Shown piece by piece: positions 18,298 to 25,802 of a stretch of 32,000 nt of DNA. The translations under genes and the position numbers were made by a program. The stretch's first letter is position 1. The number at the start of each line of letters is the position of its first letter. The DNA lies in assembly GCA_964577555.1 (NCBI GenBank), contig CAZNZM010000001.1, positions 1-32,000 of the forward strand. The letters are read 5' to 3'. Origin of the DNA: an uncultured archaeon (GTDB lineage Archaea > Iainarchaeota > Iainarchaeia > Iainarchaeales > Iainarchaeaceae). Under the pieces are notes generated by a model. It searched no databases and had not been told where the DNA came from. It saw only the letters and a list, made by a program, of their open reading frames with translations.

Positions 18298-18716
18298 CAA
18301 TAATTGAAGGCAAAGGAATGGTTTTGGGAAGGCTGGCCTCGGTAATTGCAAAAAGGCTTTTAAAAAACGAGGTTATTGATGTTGTGAATTGTGAAAAAAT
18401 AGTTGTTATAGGCGATAAAACAATTGTAGTAGAAAAATTTTCAAAATGGCTTAAAATGGCTCCAAAAGGAAACCCTCTTAAAGGACCGAAATTTTCAAGA
18501 ATGCCTGACAAAATTGTCAAAAGAACTATTAGAGGAATGTTGCCTTGGAAACAACCAAAAGGAAAAAAAGCTTTCAAAAACCTCAAAATCCACATAGGTG
18601 TTCCAGAAAAGTTCGCATCAACCAAACCTGAAATAATAGAATCGGCCAAAAATCACAAGCAAAAAGGATTTGTTGAAATTGAAGAAATCAGCAAAAAATT
18701 AGGTGCAAAGTGGTGA
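18294..18716 (+). CDS. rpl13: 50S ribosomal protein L13 (uL13)
   Basis: IEGKGMVLGRLASVIAKRLLKNEVIDVVNCEKIVVIG...RMPDKIVKRTIRGMLPWKQPKGKKAFKNLKIHIGVP. Confidence 0.97.
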   Translation: MTIIEGKGMVLGRLASVIAKRLLKNEVIDVVNCEKIVVIGDKTIVVEKFSKWLKMAPKGNPLKGPKFSRMPDKIVKRTIRGMLPWKQPKGKKAFKNLKIHIGVPEKFASTKPEIIESAKNHKQKGFVEIEEISKKLGAKW

Positions 18717-18720
18717 GTAA

Positions 18721-19134
18721 ATGGTTTCAAAGAAAAAAAAAGGAATATTTTCAAAAGCAAAAAAGAAAGAGGCCACGGCAAGAGCAGTTGCCAAAAAAGG
18801 CAAAGGAATTGTAAGGATTAATAAAAGAAATTTAATAACGATAGAACCAAAATATGTTCAAGAATTATTAAAAGAACCGCTTGAACTGGCTGGGCCAATC
18901 TCGCAAGAAGTGGACATCAATGTTAGAACTTATGGCGGCGGCTTCATGAGTCAAATGATAGCAGCAAGAGGAGCTATTGCAAAAGCATTGCTTGAATATG
19001 CGCATGATGAAAAACTAAAAAAGAAATTTTTAGCTTACGACAGAATGCTTTTGGTTGACGATGCAAGAAGAGTTGAGCCAAAGAAACAACTTGGTCCAAA
19101 AGCAAGAAGAAAGAAACAAAAGAGCAAGAGGTGA
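18721..19134 (+). CDS. rps9: 30S ribosomal protein S9 (uS9)
   Basis: [21 protein letters not shown]...[29 protein letters not shown]...[31 protein letters not shown]. Confidence 0.97.
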   Translation: MVSKKKKGIFSKAKKKEATARAVAKKGKGIVRINKRNLITIEPKYVQELLKEPLELAGPISQEVDINVRTYGGGFMSQMIAARGAIAKALLEYAHDEKLKKKFLAYDRMLLVDDARRVEPKKQLGPKARRKKQKSKR

Positions 19135-19139
19135 AAAAA

Positions 19140-19334
19140 ATGCTGGTGCCAATAAGATGCTTTAGTTGCGGAAAAGTAATAGGAGAATACTACGAACAAT
19201 TCAAGGAAAGAGTGCAAAGAGGCGAATCTGCTGAAAAAGTACTTGACGACATGGGCATTAAAAGGTATTGTTGTAGAAGAATGATTTTCTCGCACACCGA
19301 CACAATTGACGAAATTAACAAATACAAGGCGTGA
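19140..19334 (+). CDS. rpoN: DNA-directed RNA polymerase subunit N (Rpo10)
   Basis: [21 protein letters not shown]...[25 protein letters not shown]; zinc site CFSC...CC intact; ATG 19140 preferred. Confidence 0.96.
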   Translation: MLVPIRCFSCGKVIGEYYEQFKERVQRGESAEKVLDDMGIKRYCCRRMIFSHTDTIDEINKYKA

Positions 19335-19339
19335 ATATT

Positions 19340-20128
19340 ATGACTGAAAATGCAAAAGAAAAAAATGAAGAAAAAACATCTGAAATAGAGCAAAAAGGCG
19401 AAGAACAAACAGCCAAACATACTGAACTTGTTGAAACGGAAAAATACCTTAATACCGGAGCGCATATTGGTACAAAATTCAAATCAGGTGAAATGAAACG
19501 CTACATTTACAAGATGAGAAAAGACGGCCTTTTTGTTCTTGATGTACAAACAATTGACAACAAACTAAAAGCAGCTTCAAAAATGCTATCAGGATATGCG
19601 ACAGAAAAAATTGCAGTTGTTGCAAGAAGAGCTTATGGACAAACCCCTGCAAAAGTATTTGCGGAAACAGTAGGCGCAACAGCCTTTACAGGCAGGTTTA
19701 TTCCTGGAACTTTCACAAATCCGCAGAACACACGATTTTTCGAACCAAAAATAGTTGTCGTTACAGACCCTGAAACCGACAGCCAAGCTATTGAGGAAGC
19801 CACAAGAATAAGAGTGCCAGTAATTGCATTCGTTTCAACAAACAATTCACTAAAAAACATTGACTTGGCAATACCAATAAACAACAAAGGCAAAAAAAGC
19901 CTGGCGCTGGCATTTTGGATATTAGCAAAAGAAATACTCAAAAAAAAGGGAGACATAAAAAGCGATTCGGAAATGTTGAAAAAAATCGAGGACTTTGAAT
20001 ACAAAATGAAAGAAGGGGAAGAAGAAGAAAAAAGCCACAAATTTGGCGACAAAAAAAAGCAATTTAACCGGCAAAGGGAAAGAAAAAACAAGCAACAAAA
20101 AAAAACCAGCAAACAGGTAATTAAATAA
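19340..20128 (+). CDS. rps2: 30S ribosomal protein S2 (uS2) with acidic N-terminal and mixed-charge C-terminal extensions
   Basis: YLNTGAHIGTKFKSGEMKRYIYKMRKDGLFVLDVQTIDNKL...RFIPGTFTNPQNTRFFEPKIVVVTDPETDSQAIEEATRIRVPVIAF. Confidence 0.97.
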   Translation: MTENAKEKNEEKTSEIEQKGEEQTAKHTELVETEKYLNTGAHIGTKFKSGEMKRYIYKMRKDGLFVLDVQTIDNKLKAASKMLSGYATEKIAVVARRAYGQTPAKVFAETVGATAFTGRFIPGTFTNPQNTRFFEPKIVVVTDPETDSQAIEEATRIRVPVIAFVSTNNSLKNIDLAIPINNKGKKSLALAFWILAKEILKKKGDIKSDSEMLKKIEDFEYKMKEGEEEEKSHKFGDKKKQFNRQRERKNKQQKKTSKQVIK

Positions 20129-20135
20129 CTGTAAA

Positions 20136-20160
20136 GGGTAAATATAAATACTTAATTCTT
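20136..20160 (+). promoter_or_regulatory. Candidate archaeal TATA box upstream of the TrmB-family regulator
   Basis: GGGTAAATATAAATACTTAA about 45-60 nt upstream of ATG 20199, in the first real intergenic gap after S2. Confidence 0.45.
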
Positions 20161-20198
20161 CTTAATATAATAGTTTTGGACAGAAATTAAGTGGTTAG

Positions 20199-20957
20199 AT
20201 GCAAGAATACGAAATTAATGAATTTTTGGAAAAACTTGGCTTGACTGAATACGAAGCAAAAACACTCGCTTCACTATTCAAACTGAAAGAAGCAGAAGCA
20301 CCAGAAATTTCAAGAAGCGCACAAGTACCAAAAACAAGAGTTTATGATGTACTTGACAGGCTAACGTCAAAAAAACTTGTCATAGAAATTCATGGCAGGC
20401 CAAAAAGATACATGACTCTTGAACCGACAGAAGTTTTCAAAATACTTATTGCGGAAAAGAAAAACGAAATAGCAGAACTTGAAAAAAAATCGGAAGAATT
20501 GAAAAATGTAATAATGCTTGAAAAACAGCCAAGCAAACACGAAAAAGTAATGAAAGTAAAAGACAAAAACGATTTCATAAAAATTCTTGGACAAGAAATA
20601 GAGACTGCAAACCAAAGCGTTCGAGCCTTAACCTCTTTGGAAAAAGAACACACAGTGCTTAAAGATTATGTGAGAAAATTGGCAGGCAAAAATGTGGATA
20701 TAAAAATCATTGCAAGCATAAACGAAAGCTCAAACAAGCTTGTAAAAGATTTCACAGAAGCTGGAGCCAAAATAAAGGATTACAACCACGGCATGAATGC
20801 TTACATAATTGATGGAAAAAAAGTTGTTTTAGCATTAAGCGATTTCCAAACAGAAAAACCTGAATACCATTTCACTATCTGGCAGGAAAACAAAGCTCTT
20901 GCAAACGCATTGATGAAATTTTTTGACCATGCATGGGAACAAGGAAAAGAAATATAA
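20199..20957 (+). CDS. TrmB-family transcriptional regulator
   Basis: FLEKLGLTEYEAKTLASLFKLKEAEAPEISRSAQVPKTRVYDVLDRLTSKKLVIEIHGRPKRYMTLEP winged-helix; C-terminal sensing/phospholipase D-like fold region. Confidence 0.9.
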   Translation: MQEYEINEFLEKLGLTEYEAKTLASLFKLKEAEAPEISRSAQVPKTRVYDVLDRLTSKKLVIEIHGRPKRYMTLEPTEVFKILIAEKKNEIAELEKKSEELKNVIMLEKQPSKHEKVMKVKDKNDFIKILGQEIETANQSVRALTSLEKEHTVLKDYVRKLAGKNVDIKIIASINESSNKLVKDFTEAGAKIKDYNHGMNAYIIDGKKVVLALSDFQTEKPEYHFTIWQENKALANALMKFFDHAWEQGKEI

Positions 20958-20981
20958 AGTAAGAAGAAAAATATAAAAAAA

Positions 20982-21288
20982 TCATTTTTTAGTGACTTTT
21001 TCCTCTTCAAAACGAGTTTTGCAATCATAAAAACCACAAATCCAATTATCAAAAAATTTATAAGAGACGCAAGAAAAGCACCCAAACCTATTTCTACTGG
21101 GCGATTAAAAACTTTGCAGTTTGCCAATCACCAGTGGCAAGGAAAGGTTTAATCAAAGGCATTATGTGATATTATTGACTAAAGATTGAACAAGATCGGT
21201 TGCGGCGGCGCCGATTATGAAAGCAACTGCAAGGCCTATTACCTTTATACTCTTCAAGAAAACTAAAGAATTCTTTCAAAATCTTCAC
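20982..21288 (-). pseudogene. Decayed large-conductance mechanosensitive channel (MscL)-like gene, about four frameshifts
   Basis: Piecewise minus-strand translation: (GTG)VKILKEFFSFLEEYK / VIGLAVAFIIGAAATDLVQSLVNNI / IMPLIKPFLATGDWQTAKFLI / PVEIGLGAFLASLINFLIIGFVVFMIAKLVL / EEEKVTKK*; MscL-like segments in different frames separated by 1-2 nt indels. Confidence 0.75.
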
Positions 21289-21354
21289 AAAACCACTAAA
21301 TGTAAATAAAGAAAATCAACAAATTAATAAGTCTTATACAAGAAGGAAATAAAT

Positions 21355-23010
21355 ATGGAAAAAGTGAAAAACGATGCTTACAGGTATGCAATAAAAAATG
21401 CTTTTGAACATGAAGGCAAAGCTGACATCGGCGCTGTGATAGGCAAACTAAAGGCGTTGCACAAAGAAATTGATGTAAAAAATCTTGTTCAACCTGCATC
21501 GGAAGCTGTAAAAAAAGTAAATTCAATGGCATTCCATGACATAGAAATTGAATTCAAAAAATTTGAGGAAAATTATGAATTGAAGCCTAAAGAAGGCAGA
21601 ACAGGGTTGCCGCAACTTGAATGGGCTGAAAAAGGCGAAGCTGTTGTTACTAGGTATGCGCCAAACCCAAATGGCCCTCCGCATCTTGGAAACGCAAGAG
21701 CCGCATTTTTGAGTTATGCTTATGCAAAAATGTATAATGGAAAATTCATTTTGAGGTTTGAAGACACTGACCCGAAAGTAAAAAAACCTATGAAAAATCC
21801 TGAAGAAGAATTCAGAAATGACCTTGAATGGTTCGGAATAAAAATAGATGAAGTGTACTTTGCATCAGATAGACTTCAAATTTATTACAATTATATGAAA
21901 AAACTCATTGAAATGGGTAAAGCTTATGTTTGCGAATGCAAAACCCAAGAGTGGAAAAAAGCTGTTGATGCAAAAAAACCATGCCCTTGCAGAAACAAGC
22001 CTGCAACTTTCCATACTGAAAAATTTGAAAAAATGCTAAAACATGAAATCAAAGAAGGCGAAGCAGTATTAAGAATAAAAACCGATTTGGATCACCCAGA
22101 CCCAAGCGTAAGGGATTGGTGGATAGCAAGAATTGTTGACAAACCAGAACATCCAAGAGCAACAGGAAAAGATCATGTTTGGCCAAGCTTCATGTTCCAA
22201 AGCGCCATTGACGATCACGAAATGGGAATCACTTTGATAATGCGCGGGCAAGAACACGCACAAAACTCGACAAAACAAAAATACTTGTATGATTATTTTG
22301 GTTGGAAACAACCTCACGCAATACATTTTGGCAGAATTTCATTGGGAAGCATGGTGTTAAGCACTTCCAAAATCAAAGCCGGGATTGAAAAAGGCGAATA
22401 CATTGGCTGGGACGACATAAGACTTGGAACTTTAAGGGCATTAAAAAGAAGGGGTTTTTTGCCGGAAGCTCTGCAAAAAATAATTGTTGATTGCGGCCTT
22501 ACCACGAGCGATGCTCGCATTTCGTTTTCAAAAATGGCGGCATATAACAGGGAATTAATAAAAGACAAAGCAGAAAAATCGGTGTTTATAGAAGAAGGGG
22601 TTCAAGTTGAAGTGCCAATGATGGACAGCATGGAGATTAAAAAAGACAATTTGACAATAAAACTTCCAAGAGGCATACATAAATTCATTGTGCCTGCAAA
22701 AGAAATTCCATTAAAAAAAGGCGAAATAGTCAGGCTTAGAAACGCTTATAACATAAAAATAGAAAAAAACGATGGTTACGGTGTGGAAGCTAAATTTGTG
22801 GGAAACGATCCAAAACAAAAACAAATAATTCCATGGATACATGAACCTATTGATTTGGAATTGATAATAGAAAATGGTTCAAGGGTTGTTGGTGCAATTG
22901 AAAATATGAAGCTAGAAAAAGGGAAAAGACTTTACCTTGAAAAAATTGGTTTTTGCATAATTGATTCAATTGAGGGTAAAAGGCCAATAGCGTATTTTAC
23001 GCATGAATGA
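21355..23010 (+). CDS. gltX: Glutamyl-tRNA synthetase (archaeal-type GluRS)
   Basis: TRYAPNPNGPPHLGNARAAFLSYAYAKMYNGKFILRFEDTDP; VLSTSKIKAGIEKGEYIGWDDIRLGTLRALKRRG; 551 aa. Confidence 0.95.
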   Translation: MEKVKNDAYRYAIKNAFEHEGKADIGAVIGKLKALHKEIDVKNLVQPASEAVKKVNSMAFHDIEIEFKKFEENYELKPKEGRTGLPQLEWAEKGEAVVTRYAPNPNGPPHLGNARAAFLSYAYAKMYNGKFILRFEDTDPKVKKPMKNPEEEFRNDLEWFGIKIDEVYFASDRLQIYYNYMKKLIEMGKAYVCECKTQEWKKAVDAKKPCPCRNKPATFHTEKFEKMLKHEIKEGEAVLRIKTDLDHPDPSVRDWWIARIVDKPEHPRATGKDHVWPSFMFQSAIDDHEMGITLIMRGQEHAQNSTKQKYLYDYFGWKQPHAIHFGRISLGSMVLSTSKIKAGIEKGEYIGWDDIRLGTLRALKRRGFLPEALQKIIVDCGLTTSDARISFSKMAAYNRELIKDKAEKSVFIEEGVQVEVPMMDSMEIKKDNLTIKLPRGIHKFIVPAKEIPLKKGEIVRLRNAYNIKIEKNDGYGVEAKFVGNDPKQKQIIPWIHEPIDLELIIENGSRVVGAIENMKLEKGKRLYLEKIGFCIIDSIEGKRPIAYFTHE

Positions 23011-23037
23011 AAAATTTATTTTCAATAGCCAGATCTT

Positions 23038-23283
23038 TTACATATTTTTTTTAACTCCGGTATTACTTAATAAATAATCCTCATTTTCAGACAATTTAGC
23101 GATCATATAATCTATTATTTTATCTTTCAATTCTTTTCTTTTTTTTATAAATTCATCACGTTTTTCATTTAATATATCTTTTACAATATTATGAATCTTG
23201 TGCGCCTGATATTTTTGTGATAAATCATTATTCTTCCTAAAAATTGCTTGGGATATTTGATAAGAAGTATGATCAATTCCCAC
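23038..23283 (-). CDS. Hypothetical protein, 81 aa (possibly a remnant)
   Basis: GTG-start ORF MGIDHTSYQISQAIFRKNNDLSQKYQAHKIHNIVKDILNEKRDEFIKKRKELKDKIIDYMIAKLSENEDYLLSNTGVKKNM; balanced composition, low-GC context, opposite strand to the neighbours. Confidence 0.4.
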   Translation of the reverse strand: MGIDHTSYQISQAIFRKNNDLSQKYQAHKIHNIVKDILNEKRDEFIKKRKELKDKIIDYMIAKLSENEDYLLSNTGVKKNM

Positions 23284-23478
23284 ATAATTAGATAAATTAA
23301 AATCTTGCCGTAATTAAATTGTCTGATTTTCCTTAAAAGTCGATTTTCTGGTTAAAAAAATATAATTTACTGCTTACAAAATAAAATATAAAAGTTAGGA
23401 CAAAACTATGCTGAAGAAACATTTTTATACTACAAATACGTTGTTTCTAATTACAAAAATTGTTTGGAGGTGCGAGTT

Positions 23479-23757
23479 TTGAATGCGATAAAAGTTGAAA
23501 TAACACCTGAGGAAAAGGCAAGCAGAATTGAGTTAGTAATAAGGTTTTTTTATATGATTCCTTTGTTTATAGTAATGTACATATTAGCATTAATTATGCA
23601 AATAGCAGTAGTGTTGAATTTTATTACTTCTCTTTTGCTTGGAAAAAGAATTCCAGTGCTTAATAATCTGGTCGTACTATACATAAAATATTTGAATAAG
23701 TTTTTAACTTACTTGTTCCTTAGCGATGAAAGGCCTGAAATCGTGCCAAAACCTTAA
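23479..23757 (+). CDS. DUF4389-like small membrane protein
   Basis: SRIELVIRFFYMIPLFIVMYILALIMQIAVVLNFITSLLLGKRIPVLNNLVVLYIKYLNKFLTYLFLSDERPEI; TTG 23479 is 7 nt after GGAGGTG (ORF track start 23464). Confidence 0.6.
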   Translation: MNAIKVEITPEEKASRIELVIRFFYMIPLFIVMYILALIMQIAVVLNFITSLLLGKRIPVLNNLVVLYIKYLNKFLTYLFLSDERPEIVPKP

Positions 23758-23973
23758 ATTGAAAATTAATTGTTTTTATGGCAAAGTTTTTTCTTTGTCT
23801 TTTTTTAATTTTTGATTTTTTGTTGATTTTTGGCAAAGTGTTTTTGCAAACTGATTTTTTCAATCGATTTTTGTATAAATTTATTAAAAAACTTTTATTT
23901 TGAGTTGTTTTTTAAAAATAAAGTTTTATTAAAGCTTTTAATTCTGATAAGCCTATCCTTTTAAACCCTTCCA

Positions 23974-23990
23974 AATTATAAATAATTATA
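23974..23990 (+). promoter_or_regulatory. Candidate TATA box for the L7Ae operon
   Basis: AATTATAAATAATTATA about 95-110 nt upstream of the L7Ae ATG in a long intergenic region. Confidence 0.4.
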
Positions 23991-24083
23991 TTTTGTTTTG
24001 CAACTGGCTATTTGGCTTGTAGCTTGTTGTATTATTAGCCAATGACGATGATTCCCAAAAAGGGATAAGGAGGTGTGTGTAGC

Positions 24084-24449
24084 ATGGCTAATTATGTAAA
24101 ATTTGTCGTGCCTGAGGAGATCAAGGCAAAGCAAGGGATTATTCTTGAAAAAATTAGGAAGACTGGAAAGATTAAAATAGGCAGTAATGAAACTACCAAA
24201 GCGGCTGAAAGGGGTACTGCAAAGTTGGTGGTTATTGCCGAGGATGTTAATCCGCCTGAAATTGTAATGCATTTGCCTTTGATTTGCAAGGAGAAGAATA
24301 TTCCTTTTTCGTTTGTTTCAACGAAGAAAGGTTTGGGTCAATATGTTGGTATTGATGTCGGAACCGCGGCAATAGCTGTTCTTGACGAGGGCGATCAAAA
24401 GAAAGAGTTTGCGGATCTTGTGAAAAAAATACAGGAATTGTCTAAATGA
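24084..24449 (+). CDS. rpl7ae: 50S ribosomal protein L7Ae (eL8), kink-turn binding
   Basis: [73 protein letters not shown]; strong SD AAGGAGGTG; ATG 24084. Confidence 0.97.
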   Translation: MANYVKFVVPEEIKAKQGIILEKIRKTGKIKIGSNETTKAAERGTAKLVVIAEDVNPPEIVMHLPLICKEKNIPFSFVSTKKGLGQYVGIDVGTAAIAVLDEGDQKKEFADLVKKIQELSK

Positions 24450-24450
24450 G

Positions 24451-24669
24451 GTGGCTTTGATGGAGAAAGGCACGCCGGCTGAAGTTGTTGAAGTCCTTGG
24501 CAGGACAGGGGTTTATGGTGAAATAATTCAGGTCTTATGCAGAATACTTGAAGGACCTGAACAAGGCAGGGTTAAGAGAAGGAACATTAAAGGGAATGTG
24601 AAAAAGGGAGACGTGATTATTTTGCTTTCAACAGAAAGGGAAGCAAAGGAAATCAAGGCTAATAGGTGA
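24451..24669 (+). CDS. rps28e: 30S ribosomal protein S28e (eS28)
   Basis: [59 protein letters not shown]. Confidence 0.95.
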   Translation: MALMEKGTPAEVVEVLGRTGVYGEIIQVLCRILEGPEQGRVKRRNIKGNVKKGDVIILLSTEREAKEIKANR

Positions 24670-24674
24670 TTTTA

Positions 24675-24920
24675 ATGCCGAAAGATTCTTTTACTGGAGA
24701 GGAAATACCAAAAGGTAAGGGGCACATGTATGTCTTGAAGGATGGCACAGTATATTGGTTTTTGAATCAAAAATCGGAAAAAAATTTTTTAAAGTTGAGA
24801 AGAATTCCTTCAAAAACCAAGTGGACTTCAATTTATCATAGGGAAAAAACTACTCGTATCAAGGCAATGAAAAAAGAGGTGGCCAAGCATGGAAAGAACT
24901 CTGATAATAATAAAGCCTGA
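24675..24920 (+). CDS. rpl24e: 50S ribosomal protein L24e (eL24), all four zinc-ligand cysteines replaced
   Basis: DSFTGEEIPKGKGHMYVLKDGTVYWFLNQKSEKNFLKLRRIPSKTKWT aligns with the canonical CSFCG...YFCSSKCEKN eL24 pattern; syntenic between S28e and Ndk. Confidence 0.88.
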   Translation: MPKDSFTGEEIPKGKGHMYVLKDGTVYWFLNQKSEKNFLKLRRIPSKTKWTSIYHREKTTRIKAMKKEVAKHGKNSDNNKA

Positions 24921-25353
24921 TGCGATTAACAGAGGCTTGATTGGAGAGGTTATACACCGCTTTGAGAGAAAGGGGCTTAAAATTGTTGGCATGAAAATGG
25001 TTCATCTTAGTGAGAAAATTCTTGAAGAACATTATTCACACCTTGTTTCAAAACCTTTTTTTTTAAGCATAAAAAAATTCATGAGGTCTGCGCCGAGTGT
25101 TTTAATGGTTCTTGAGGGTAGGAAAGTTGTTGATGTTGTGAGAAAAATGGCTGGTGTCACTGAAGGTACTGAAGCTTTGCCAGGCACAATAAGAGGGGAT
25201 TTTTCTTTAAGCCTTCAAAACACGATTATTCATGCTTCGGACAGCGTTGAAACTGCTAAAAAAGAGATAAAGAGGTTTTTTGCCGATAGCGAATTGTTTG
25301 AGTATACAAAAGTTGATTCTGAAATGATTTATTCGGATTCTGAAAAGGTGTGA
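24889..25353 (+). CDS. ndk: Nucleoside diphosphate kinase
   Basis: ERTLIIIKPDAINRGLIGEVIHRFERKGLKIVGMKMV...LPGTIRGDFSLSLQNTIIHASDSVETAKKEIKRFF (NxxHxSDS active site). Confidence 0.97.
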   Translation: MERTLIIIKPDAINRGLIGEVIHRFERKGLKIVGMKMVHLSEKILEEHYSHLVSKPFFLSIKKFMRSAPSVLMVLEGRKVVDVVRKMAGVTEGTEALPGTIRGDFSLSLQNTIIHASDSVETAKKEIKRFFADSELFEYTKVDSEMIYSDSEKV

Positions 25354-25362
25354 GGTGTTTGG

Positions 25363-25791
25363 TTGATTGTAAAGGTCAAAAGGCTTTCGCCTGAAGCCAA
25401 AATGCCGAAATTGGAGCATGAGGGCGATGCTGGTTTTGATCTTTATAGTGTTGAAGATGCTGTTTTGAAGCCAATGCAGAGAAAACTTGTTGGCACTGGC
25501 ATAAGTATTGAAATTGAAAAGGGTTATGAGGCTCAAGTAAGGCCAAAAAGCGGGCTTGCAATTGAAAATGGAATAACCATGCTTAATACTCCCGGCACTA
25601 TTGATGCTGGTTATCGCGGCGAAATAAAGGTTATTGTAATAAATTTGGGGGAAAAGGAGTACAGGATTGAGAAAGGCAAAAAAATTGCTCAAATTGTTTT
25701 TTCAAAAGTTGAAACTCCAAAGCTTTTGGAGGTTAACGAGCTTGAACCGAGTTCGCGTTCAAATCGCGGTTTTGGTTCAACGGGGTTGTAG
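25363..25791 (+). CDS. dut: dUTP diphosphatase (dUTPase)
   Basis: GDAGFDLYS, VRPKSGLA, GTIDAGYRGEIKV, RIEKGKKIAQIVF, RGFGSTG: the five dUTPase motifs. Confidence 0.95.
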   Translation: MIVKVKRLSPEAKMPKLEHEGDAGFDLYSVEDAVLKPMQRKLVGTGISIEIEKGYEAQVRPKSGLAIENGITMLNTPGTIDAGYRGEIKVIVINLGEKEYRIEKGKKIAQIVFSKVETPKLLEVNELEPSSRSNRGFGSTGL

Positions 25792-25802
25792 GGATAATTA
25801 TG

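Noticed and set aside
20801-21127. 108-aa minus ORF taken as an intact gene
   Set aside because: Only its middle part resembles a channel C-terminus; its C-terminus runs antisense into the TrmB-family gene. Better explained as one frame of a frameshifted MscL-like remnant.
24043-24068. Canonical kink-turn or C/D-box RNA at TGACGATGATTCCCAAAAAGGGATAAGG
   Set aside because: UGAUGA-like box present, but no opposing GA step flanking the CCC/GGG stem and no D box pair; only a small hairpin is supported.
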